Below, in pieces: positions 1 to 12,949 of a stretch of 64,000 nt of DNA. The translations under genes and the position numbers were made by a program. This stretch comes from the human T2T-CHM13v2.0 reference genome, Homo sapiens. The stretch is taken from NCBI RefSeq assembly GCF_009914755.1, contig NC_060927.1. One strand, 5' to 3'. Position 1 is the stretch's first letter. Each line of letters begins with the position of its first letter. The notes under the pieces are model-generated. The model saw nothing but the letters and a program-made list of their open reading frames with translations, did not search any database and had not been told where the DNA came from.

Positions 1-1084
1 AAATATCAAAGTACCCAAGGTATATATTCTATACTGTACAAAAAATATCAAAGTATCCAAAGCATGTATTATATACTGTATATAAAATATGAAAGTACAT
101 GAAATATATATTTTATTCTGTACATAAAATATCAAAGTACACCAGATATATATTCTATAGTGTACATAAAATATCAAAGTACCCAAACTATACATTATAT
201 ACTGTACATAAAATATGAAATTACAGCAAATATATATTATATTAGGTACATAAAATATGAAAGTACATCAAATATAGATTATATACTGTACATTAAATAC
301 CAAAGTACCCCAAATATATATTTTATACTGTACATGAAATATCAAAGTTCACAAACTATATATTATATACTGTACATAAAATATCAATGTACCCAAGGTA
401 TATATTCTATACTGCACAAAAAATATCAAAGTACCCAAAGCATGTATTATATACTGTATATAAAATATGAAAGTACATCAAATATATATTTTATTCTGTA
501 CATAAAATATCAAAGTACACCAGATATATATTCTATAGTGTACATAAAATAACAAAGTACACAAACTATAAATTATATCCTGTACATAAAATATGAAATT
601 ATATCAAATATATATTAGGTACATAAAATATGAAAGTACATCAAATATAGATTATATACTGTACATTAAGTACCAAAGTACACCAAATATATATTTTATA
701 CTCTACATGAAATATCAAAGTTCACAAACCATATATTATATACTGTGCATAAAATATCAAAGTACCCAAGGTATATATTCTATACTGTACAAAAAATATC
801 AAAGTACCCAAAGCATGTATTATATACTATACATAAAATATGAAATTACATCAAATATATATTTTATTCTGTACATAAAATATCAAAGTACACCAGATAT
901 ATATTCTATAGTGTACATAAAATATCAAAGTACCCAAACTATACATTATATACTGTACATAAAATGTGAAATTACATAAAATATATATTATATTAGGTAC
1001 ATAAAATATGAAAGTACATCAAATATAGATTATATACTGTACATTAAATACCAATATACCCCAAATATATATTTTATACTGTAC

Positions 1085-1462
1085 ATGAAATATCAAAGTT
1101 CACACACTATATATTATATACTGTACATAAAATATCAAAGTACCCAAGGTATATATTCTATACTGTACAAAAAACATCAAAGTACCCAAAGCATGTATTA
1201 TATACTGTACATAAAATATGAAAGTACATCAAATATATATTTTATTCTGTACATAAAATATCAAAGTACACCAGATATATATTCTATAGTGTACATAAAA
1301 TAACAAAGTACCCAAACTATACATTATATACTGTACATAAAATATGAAATTACATCAAATATATATTATATTAGGTACATAAAATAAGAAAGTACATCAA
1401 ATATAGATTATATACTGTACATAAAATATCAAAGTACCCCAAATATATATTATATACTCTAC
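1085..1462 (+). repeat. Example of one full-length 378-bp HOR unit (monomers M1-M9)
   Basis: The M1 marker ATGAAATATCAAAGTTCAC occurs at 1085 and 1463 (378 bp apart). Nine distinguishable monomers follow in fixed order. Their consensus 14-codon read-outs are M1 MKYQSSQTIYYILY, M2 IKYQSTQGIYSILY, M3 KKYQSTQSMYYILY, M4 IKYESTSNIYFILY, M5 IKYQSTPDIYSIVY, M6 IKYQSTQTIHYILY, M7 IKYEITSNIYYIRY, M8 IKYESTSNIDYILY, M9 IKYQSTPNIY(F/Y)ILY. Confidence 0.95.
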
Positions 1463-3341
1463 ATGAAATATCAAAGTTCACAAACTATATATTATATACT
1501 GTACATAAAATATCAAAGTACCCAAGGTATATATTCTATACTGTACAAAAAATATCAAAGTATCCAAAGCATGATTTATATACTGTATATAAAATATGAA
1601 AGTACATTAAAGATATATTTTATTCTGTACATAAAATATCAAAATACACCAGATATATATTCTATAGTGTACATAAAATAACAAAGTACACAAACTATAA
1701 ATTATATACTGTACATAAAATATGAAATTACATCAAATATATATTAGGTACATAAAATATGAAAGTACATCAAATATAGATTATATACTGTACATATAAT
1801 ATCAATGTACCCCAAATATATATTTTATACTCTACATGAAATATCAAAGTTCACAAACCATACATTATATACTGTACATAAAATATCAAAGTACCCAAGT
1901 TATATATTCTATACTGTACAAAAGATATCAAAGTACCCAAAGCATGTATTATATACTGTATATAAAATGTGAAAGTACATCAAATATATATTATATACTG
2001 TACATAAAATATCAAAGTACACCAGATATATATTTTATAGTGTTCATAAAATATCAAAGTACCCAAACTATACATTATATACTGAACATAAAATATGAGA
2101 TTACATCAAATATATATTATATTAGGTACATAAAATATGAAAGTACATCAGATATAGATTATATACTGTACATACAATATCAAAGTACCCCAAATATATA
2201 TTATATACTCTACATGAAATATCAAAGTTCACAAACTATATATTATATACTGTACATAAAATATCAAAGTACCCAAGGTATATATTCTATACTGTACAAA
2301 AAATATCAAAATACCCAAAGCATGTATTATATACTGTATATAAAATATGAAAATACATTAAATATATATTTTTTCTGTACATAAAATATCAAAGTACACC
2401 AGATATATATTCTATAGTGTACATAAAATAACAAAGTACACAAACTATAAATTATATACTGTACGTAAAATATGAAATTACATCAAATATATATTAGGTA
2501 CATAAAATATGAAAGTACATCAAATATAGATTATATACTGTACATATAATATCAGTGTACCCCAAATATATATTTTATACTCTACCTGAAATATCAAAGT
2601 TCACAAACCATACATTATATACTTTCCATAAAATATCAAAGTACCCATGGCATATATTCTATACTGTACAAAAGATATCAAAGTACCCAAAGCATGTATT
2701 ATATACTGTACATAAAATATGAAAGTACATCAAATATATATTTTATTCTGTACATAAAATATCAAAGTACACCAGATATATATTCTATAGTGTACATAAA
2801 ATATCAAAGTACCCAAACTATATATTATATACTGTACATAAAATATGAAATTACATCAAATATGTATTATATTAGGTACATAAAATATGAAAGTACATCA
2901 AATATAGATTATATACCGTACATAAAATATCAAAGTACCCCAAATATATATTATATACTATACATGAAATATCAAATATCACAAACTATATATTATATAC
3001 TGTACATAAAATATCAAAGTACCCAATATATATATTCTATAGTGTACAAAAAATATCAAAGTACCCAAAGCATGTATTATATACTGTACATAAAATATAA
3101 AAGTACATCAAATATATATTTTATTCTGTACATAAAATATGAAAGTACACCAGATATATATTCTATAGTGTACATAAAATATCAAAGTACCCAAACTATA
3201 CATTATATACGGTACATAAAATATGAAATTACATCAAATATATATTATATTAGGTACTTAAAATATGAAAGTACATCAAATATAGATTATATACTGTACA
3301 TAAAATATCAAAGTACCCCAAATATATATTATATACTGTAC

Positions 3342-3592
3342 ATGAAATATCAAAGTTCACAACTACATATTATATACTGTAGATAAAATATCAAAGTCCC
3401 CAAGGTATATATTCTATACTGTACAAAAAATATCAAAGTACACAAAGCATGTATTATATACTGTACATAAAATATGAAATTACATCAAATATATATTATA
3501 TTAGGTACATAAAATATGAAAGTACATCAAATATAGATTATATACTGTACATAAAATATCAAAGTACCCCAAATATATATTATATACTGTAC
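3342..3592 (+). repeat. Truncated 6-mer HOR variant (M1-M2-M3-M7-M8-M9; 251 bp)
   Basis: M1 starts at 3342 and 3593 are 251 bp apart (6x42-1). M4-M6 are absent and M1 has a 1-bp deletion (TTCACAACTA). It recurs near 18124, 33383, 45744 and 61979. Confidence 0.85.
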
Positions 3593-4347
3593 ATGTAATA
3601 TCAAAGTTCACAACTATATATTACATACTGTACATAAAATATCAAAGTACCCAAGGTATATATTCTATACTGTACAAAAAATATCAAAGTACCCAAAGCA
3701 TGTATTATATACTGTACATAAAATATGAAAGTACATCAAATATATATTTTATTCTGTACATAAAATATCAAAGTACACCAGATATATATTCTATAGTGTA
3801 TATAAAATATCAAAGTACCCAAACTATACATTATATACTGTACATAAAATATGAAATTACATCAAATATATATTATATTGGGTACATAAAATATGAAAGT
3901 ACATGAAGTATAGATTATATACTGTACATAAAATATCAAAGTACCCCAAATTTATATTATATACTATACATGAAATATCAAAGTTCACAAACTATATATT
4001 ATATACTGTACATAAAATATCAAAGTACCCAAGGTATATATTCTATAGTGTACAAAAAATATCAAAGTACCCAAAGCATGTATTATATACCGTACATAAA
4101 ATATAAAATTACATCAAATATATATTTTATTCTGTACATAAAATATCAAAGTACACCAGATATATATTCTATAGAGTACATAAAATATCAAAGTACCCAA
4201 ACTATACATTACATACTGTACATAAAATATGAAATTACATCAAATATATATTATAATAGGTACATAAAATATGAAAGTACATGAAATATAGATTATATAC
4301 TGTACATTAAATACGAAAGTACCCCAAATATATATTTTGTACTGTAC

Positions 4348-4683
4348 ATGAAATATCAAAGTACCCAAGGTATATATTCTATACTGTACAAAAAATATCA
4401 AAGTACCCAAAGCATGTATTACAAACTGTACATAAAATATGAAAGTCCATCAAATAAATATTTTATTCTGTACATAAAATATCAAAGTACACCAGATATA
4501 TATTCTATAGTGTACATAAAATATCAAAGTACCCAAACTATACATTATATACTGTACATAAAATATGAAATTACAGCAAATATATATTATATTAGGTACA
4601 TAAAATATGAAAGTACATCAAATATAGATTATATACTCTACATTAAATACCAAAGTACCCCAAATATATATTTTATACTGTAC
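4348..4683 (+). repeat. 8-mer HOR variant with fused M1/M2 monomer (336 bp)
   Basis: ATGAAATATCAAAGTACCCAAGG joins the M1 5' half to the M2 3' half, and the next M1 is at 4684. The same fusion occurs at 34389, 46750 and 62985. Confidence 0.85.
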
Positions 4684-5060
4684 ATGAAATATCAAAGTTC
4701 ACAAACTATATATTATATACTGTACATAAAATATCAATGTACCCAAGGTATATATTCTATACTGCACAAAAAATATCAAAGTACCCAAAGCATGTATTAT
4801 ATACTGTATATAAAATATGAAAGTACATCAAATATATATTTTATTCTGTACATAAAATATCAAAGTACACCAGATATATATTCTATAGTGTACATAAAAT
4901 ATCAAAGTACCCAAACTATACATTATATACTGTACATAAAATATGAAATTACATCAAATATATATTATATTAGGAACATAAAATACGAAAGTACATCAAA
5001 TATAGATTATATACTGTACATAAAATATGAAAGTACCCCAATATATATTATATACTCTAC

Positions 5061-5596
5061 ATGAAATATCAAAGTTCACAAACTATATATTATGTACTGT
5101 ACATAAAATATCAAAGTACCCAAGGTATATATTCTATACTGTACAAAAAATATCAAAGTACCCAAAGCATGTATTATATAATGTACATAAAATATGAAAG
5201 TACATCAAATATATATTTTATTCTGTACATAAAATATCAAAGAACACCAGATATATATTCTATAGTGTACATAAAATATCAAAGTACCCAAACTATACAT
5301 TATATACTGTACATAAAATATGAAATTACATCATATATATATTAGGTACATAAAATATGAAAGTACATCAAATATATATTTTATTCTGTACATAAAATAT
5401 CAAAGTACACCAGATATATATTCTATAGTGTACATAAAATAACAAAGTACACAAACTATAAAATATATACTGTACATAAAATATGAAATTACATCAAATA
5501 TATATTAGGTACATAAAATATGAAAGTACATCAAATATAGATTATATACTGTACATATAATATCAATGTACCCGAAATATATATTTTATACTCTAC
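5061..5596 (+). repeat. 13-mer HOR variant (M4-M7 duplicated; 536 bp)
   Basis: M1 at 5061 and 5597 are 536 bp apart (13x42-10, with two 5-bp-deleted M7 monomers). It recurs at 9897, 16832, 26985, 35480, ~40316, 47841, ~51715 and ~56551. Confidence 0.85.
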
Positions 5597-6121
5597 ATGA
5601 AATATCAAAGTTCACAAACCATATATTGTATACTGCACATAAAATATCAAAATACACAAGGTATATATTCTATACTGTACAAAAAATATCAAAGTACCCA
5701 AAGCAGGTATTATATACTGTATATAAAATATGAAAGTACATCAAATATATATTTTATTCTGTACATAAAATATCAAAGTACACCAGATATATATTCTATA
5801 GTGTACATAAAATATCAAGGTACCCAAACTATATATTATATACTGTACATAAAATATGAAATTACAGCAAATATATATTATATTAGGTACATAAAATATG
5901 AAAGTACATCAAATATAGATTATATACTGTACATTAAATACCAAAGTACCCCAAATATATATTTTATACTGTACATGAAATATCAAAGTTCACAAACTAT
6001 ATATTATATACTGTACATAAAATATCAATGTACCCAAGGTATATATTCTATACTGCACAAAAAATATCAAAGTACCCAAAGCATGTATTATATACTGTAT
6101 ATAAAATATGAAAGTACATCA

Positions 6122-7119
6122 AATATATATTTTATTCTGTACATAAAATGTCAAAGTACACCAGATATATATTCTATAGTGTACATAAAATATCAAAGTA
6201 CCCAAACTATACATTATATACTGTACATAAAATATGAAATTACATCAAATATATATTAAGTACATAAAATATGAAAGTACATCAAATATAGATTATATAG
6301 TGTACATAAAATATCAATGTACACCAAATATATATTATATACTCTACATGAAATATCAAAGTTCACAAACTATATATTATATACTGTCCATAAAATATCA
6401 AAGTACCCAAGGTATATATTTTATACTGTACAAAAAATATCAAAGTACCCAAAGCATGTATTATACACTATACCTAAAATATGAAAGTACATCAAATATA
6501 TATTTTATTCTGTACATAAAATATCAAAGTACACCAGATATATATTCTACAGTGTATATAAAATATCAAAGTACCCAAACTATACATTATATACTGTACA
6601 TAAAATATGAAATTACATCAAATATATATTTTATTCTGTACATAAAATGTCAAAGTACACCAGATATATATTCTATAGTGTACATAAAATATCAAAGTAC
6701 CCAAACTATACATTATATACTGTACATAAAATATGAAATTACATCAAATATATATTAAGTACATAAAATATGAAAGTACATCAAATATAGATTATATAGT
6801 GTACATAAAATATCAATGTACACCAAATATATATTATATACTCTACATGAAATATCAAAGTTCACAAACTATATATTATATACTGTCCATAAAATATCAA
6901 AGTACCCAAGGTATATATTTTATACTGTACAAAAAATATCAAAGTACCCAAAGCATGTATTATATACTATACCTAAAATATGAAAGTACATCAAATATAT
7001 ATTTTATTCTGTACATAAAATATCAAAGTACACCAGATATATATTCTACAGTGTATATAAAATATCAAAGTACCCAAACTATACATTATATACTGTACAT
7101 AAAATATGAAATTACATCA
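6122..7119 (+). repeat. Tandem duplication, 2 x 499 bp
   Basis: Private variants (AAAATGTCAA, ATTAAGTACATA, CTGTCCATA, CTATACCTA, TCTACAGTG) repeat at a 499-bp offset (ORFs 6234/6733). The same pair is at 36653/37152, 49013/49512 and 52888/53387. Confidence 0.9.
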
Positions 7120-7849
7120 AATATATATTATATTAGGTACATAAAATATGAAAGTACATGAAGTATAGATTATATACTGTACATAAAATATCAAAGTACC
7201 CCAAATTTATATTATATACTATACATGAAATATCAAAGTTCACAAACTATATATTATATACTGTACATAAAATATCAAAGTACCCAAGGTATATATTCTA
7301 TAGTGTACAAAAAATATCAAAGTACCCAAAGCATGTATTATATACCGTACGTAAAATATAAAATTACATCAAATATATATTTTATTCTGTACATAAAATA
7401 TCAAAGTACACCAGATATATATACTATAGTGTACATAAAATATCAAAGTACCCAAACTATACATTATACACTGCACATAAAATATGAAATTACATCAAAT
7501 ATATATTAGGTACATAAAATATGAAAGTACTTCAAATATAGATTATATACTGTAAATATAATATCAATGTACCCCAAATATATATTTTATACTCTACATG
7601 AAATATCAAAGTTCACAAACCATATATTATATACTGTAAATAAAATATCAAAGTACCCATGGTATATATTCTATACTGTACAAAAAATATCAAAGTACCC
7701 AAAGCATGTATTATATACTGTACATAAAATATGAAAGTACATCAAATATATATTTTATTCTGTACATAAAATATCAAAGTACACCAGATATATATTCTAT
7801 AGTGTACATAAAATAACAAAGTACACAAACTATAAATTATATCCTGTAC

Positions 7850-9771
7850 ATAAAATATGAAATTACATCAAATATATATTAGGTACATAAAATATGAAAG
7901 TACATCAAATATAGATTATATACTGTACATTAAGTACCAAAGTACACCAAATATATATTTTATTCTGTACATAAAATATCAAAGTACACCAGATATATAT
8001 TCTATAGTGTACATAAAATATCAAAGTACCCAAACTATACATTATATACTGTACATAAAATATGAAATTACAGCAAATATATATTATATTAGGTAAATGA
8101 AATATGAAAGTACATCAAATATAGATTATATACTGTACATAAAATATGAAAGTACCCCAAATATATATTATATACTCTACATGAAATATCAAAGTTCACA
8201 AACTATATATTATATACTGTACATAAAATATCAAAGTACCCAAGGTATATATTCTATACTGTACAAAAAATATCAAAGTATCCAAAGCATGTATTATATA
8301 CTGTATATAAAATATGAAAGTACATCAAATATATATTTTATTCTGTACATAAAATATCAAAGTACACCAGATATATATTCTATAGTGTACATAAAATATC
8401 AAAGTACCCAAACTATACATTATATACTGTACATAAAATATGAAATTACAGCAAATATATATTATATTAGGTACATAAAATATGAAAGTACATCAAATAT
8501 AGATTATATACTGTACATTAAATACCAAAGTACCCCAAATATATATTTTATACTGTACATGAAATATCAAAGTTCACAAACTATATATTATATACTGTAC
8601 ATAAAATATCAATGTACCCAAGGTATATATTCTATACTGCACAAAAAATATCAAAGTACCCAAAGCATGTATTATATACTGTATATAAAATATGAAAGTA
8701 CATCAAATATATATTTTATTCTGTACATAAAATATCAAAGTACACCAGATATATATTCTATAGTGTACATAAAATATCAAAGTACCCAAACTATACATTA
8801 TATACTGTACATAAAATATGAAATTACATCAAATATATATTAGGTACATAAAATATGAAAGTACATCAAATATAGATTATATACTGTACATTAAGTACCA
8901 AAGTACACCAAATATATATTTTATTCTGTACATAAAATATCAAAGTACACCAGATATATATTCTATAGTGTACATAAAATATCAAAGTACCCAAACTATA
9001 CATTATATACTGTACATAAAATATGAAATTACATCAAATATATATTATATTAGGTAAATGAAATATGAAAGTACATCAAATATAGATTATATACTGTACA
9101 TAAAATATGAAAGTACCCCAAATATATATTATATACTCTACATGAAATATCAAAGTTCACAAACTATATATTATATACTGTACATAAAATATCAAAGTAC
9201 CCAAGGTATATATTCTATACTGTACAAAAAATATCAAAGTATCCAAAGCATGTATTATATACTGTATATAAAATATGAAAGTACATCAAATATATATTTT
9301 ATTCTGTACATAAAATATCAAAGTACACCAGATATATATTCTATAGTGTACATAAAATATCAAAGTACCCAAACTATACATTATATACTGTACATAAAAT
9401 ATGAAATTACAGCAAATATATATTATATTAGGTACATAAAATATGAAAGTACATCAAATATAGATTATATACTCTACATTAAATACCAAAGTACCCCAAA
9501 TATATATTTTATACTGTACATGAAATATCAAAGTTCACAAACTATATATTATATACTGTACATAAAATATCAATGTACCCAAGGTATATATTCTATACTG
9601 CACAAAAAATATCAAAGTACCCAAAGCATGTATTATCTACTGTATATAAAATATGAAAGTACATCAAATATATATTTTATTCTGTACATAAAATATCAAA
9701 GTACACCAGATATATATTCTATAGTGTACATAAAATATCAAAGTACCCAAACTATACATTATATACTGTAC
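7850..9771 (+). repeat. Tandem duplication, 2 x 961 bp
   Basis: ORFs 7857/8818 and 8097/9058 are offset by 961 bp (23x42-5). The same pair is at 38276/39237 and 54511/55472. Confidence 0.85.
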
Positions 9772-12700
9772 ATAAAATATGAAATTACATCAAATATATA
9801 TTATATTAGGTACATAAAATACGAAAGTACATCAAATATAGATTATATACTGTACATAAAATATGAAAGTACCCCAATATATATTATATACTCTACATGA
9901 AATATCAAAGTTCACAAACTATATATTATGTACTGTACATAAAATATCAAACTACCCAAGGTATATATTCTATACTGTACAAAAAATATCAAAGTACCCA
10001 AAGCATGTATTATATAATGTACATAAAATATGAAAGTACATCAAATATATATTTTATTCTGTACATAAAATATCAAAGAACACCAGATATATATTCTATA
10101 GTGTACATAAAATATCAAAGTACCCAAACTATACATTATATACTGTACATAAAATATGAAATTACATCATATATATATTAGGTACATAAAATATGAAAGT
10201 ACATCAAATATATATTTTATTCTGTACATAAAATATCAAAGTACACCAGATATATATTCTATAGTGTACATAAAATAACAAAGTACACAAACTATAAAAT
10301 ATATACTGTACATAAAATATGAAATTACATCAAATATATATTAGGTACATAAAATATGAAAGTACATCAAATATAGATTATATACTGTACATATAATATC
10401 AATGTACCCGAAATATATATTTTATACTCTACATGAAATATCAAAGTTCACAAACCATATATTGTATACTGCACATAAAATATCAAAATACACAAGGTAT
10501 ATATTCTATACTGTACAAAAAATATCAAAGTACCCAAAGCAGGTATTATATACTGTATATAAAATATGAAAGTACATCAAATATATATTTTATTCTGTAC
10601 ATAAAATATCAAAGTACACCAGATATATATTCTATAGTGTACATAAAATATCAAGGTACCCAAACTATATATTATATACTGTACATAAAATATGAAATTA
10701 CAGCAAATATATATTATATTAGGTACATAAAATATGAAAGTACATCAAATATAGATTATATACTGTACATTAAATACCAAAGTACCCCAAATATATATTT
10801 TATACTGTACATGAAATATCAAAGTTCACAAACTATATATTATATACTGTACATAAAATATCAATGTACCCAAGGTATATATTCTATACTGCACAAAAAA
10901 TATCAAAGTACCCAAAGCATGTATTATATACTGTATATAAAATATGAAAGTACATCAAATATATATTTTATTCTGTACATAAAATATCAAAGTACACCAG
11001 ATATATATTCTATAGTGTACATAAAATATCAAAGTACCCAAACTATACATTATATACTGTACATAAATATGAAATTACATCAAATATATATTATATTAGG
11101 TACATAAAATATGAAAGTACATGAAGTATAGATTATATACTGTAGATAAAATATCAAAGTACCCCAAATTTATATTATATACTATACATGAAATATCAAA
11201 GTTCACAAACTATATATTATATACTGTTCATAAAATATCAAAGTACCCAAGGTATATATTCTATAGTGTACAAAAAATATCAAAGTACCCAAAGCATGTA
11301 TTATATACCGTACATAAAATATAAAATTACATCAAATATATATTTTATTCTGTACATAAAATATCAAAATACACCAGATATATATACTATAGTGTACATA
11401 AAATATCAAAGTACCCAAACTATACATTATACACTGTACATAAAATATGAAATTACATCAAATATATATTAGGTACATAAAATATGAAAGTACATCAAAT
11501 ATAGATTATATACAGTAAATATTATATGAATGTACCCCAAATATATATTTTATACTCTACATGAAATATCAAAGTTCACAAACCATATATTATATACTGT
11601 ACATAAAATATCAAAGTACCCAAGGTATATATTCTATACTGAACAAAAAATATCAAAGTACCCAAAGCATGTATTATATACTGTACATAAAATATGAAAG
11701 TACATCAAATATATATTTTATTCTGTACATAAAATATCAAAGTACACCAGATATATATTCTATAGTGTACATAAAATATCAAAGTACCCAAACTATACAT
11801 TATATACTGTACATAAAATATGAAATTACATCAAATATATATTATATTTGGTACATGAAATATGAAAGTACATCAAATATAGATTATATACTGTACATAA
11901 AATATGAAAGTACCCCAAATATATATTATATACTCTACATGAAATATCAAAGTTCACAAACTATATATTATATACTCTACATAAAATATCAAAGTACCCA
12001 AGGTATATATTCTATACTGTACAAAAAATATCAAAGTATCCAAAGCATGTATTATATACTGTATATAAAATATGAAAGTACATGAAATATATATTTTATT
12101 CTGTACATAAAATATCAAAGTACACCAGATATATATTCTATAGTGTACATAAAATATCAAAGTACCCAAACTATACATTATATACTGTACATAAAATATG
12201 AAATTACAGCAAATATATATTATATTAGGTACATAAAATATGAAAGTACATCAAATATAGATTATATACTGTACATTAAATACCAAAGTACCCCAAATAT
12301 ATATTTTATACTGTACATGAAATATCAAAGTTCACAAACTATATATTATATACTGTACATAAAATATCAATGTACCCAAGGTATATATTCTATACTGCAC
12401 AAAAAATATCAAAGTACCCAAAGCATGTATTATATACTGTATATAAAATATGAAAGTACATCAAATATATATTTTATTCTGTACATAAAATATCAAAGTA
12501 CACCAGATATATATTCTATAGTGTACATAAAATAACAAAGTACACAAACTATAAATTATATCCTGTACATAAAATATGAAATTACATCAAATATATATTA
12601 GGTACATAAAATATGAAAGTACATCAAATATAGATTATATACTGTACATTAAGTACCAAAGTACACCAAATATATATTTTATACTCTACATGAAATATCA

Positions 12701-12949
12701 AAGTTCACAAACCATATATTATATACTGTGCATAAAATATCAAAGTACCCAAGGTATATATTCTATACTGTACAAAAAATATCAAAGTACCCAAAGCATG
12801 TATTATATACTATACATAAAATATGAAATTACATCAAATATATATTTTATTCTGTACATAAAATATCAAAGTACACCAGATATATATTCTATAGTGTACA
12901 TAAAATATCAAAGTACCCAAACTATACATTATATACTGTACATAAAATG

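Noticed and set aside
11954-12178. Minus-strand 74-aa ORFs (also 16847, 42373, 58608)
   Set aside because: These are antisense read-outs of the same monomers that appear where a variant removes a stop. They do not indicate an inversion or a gene.
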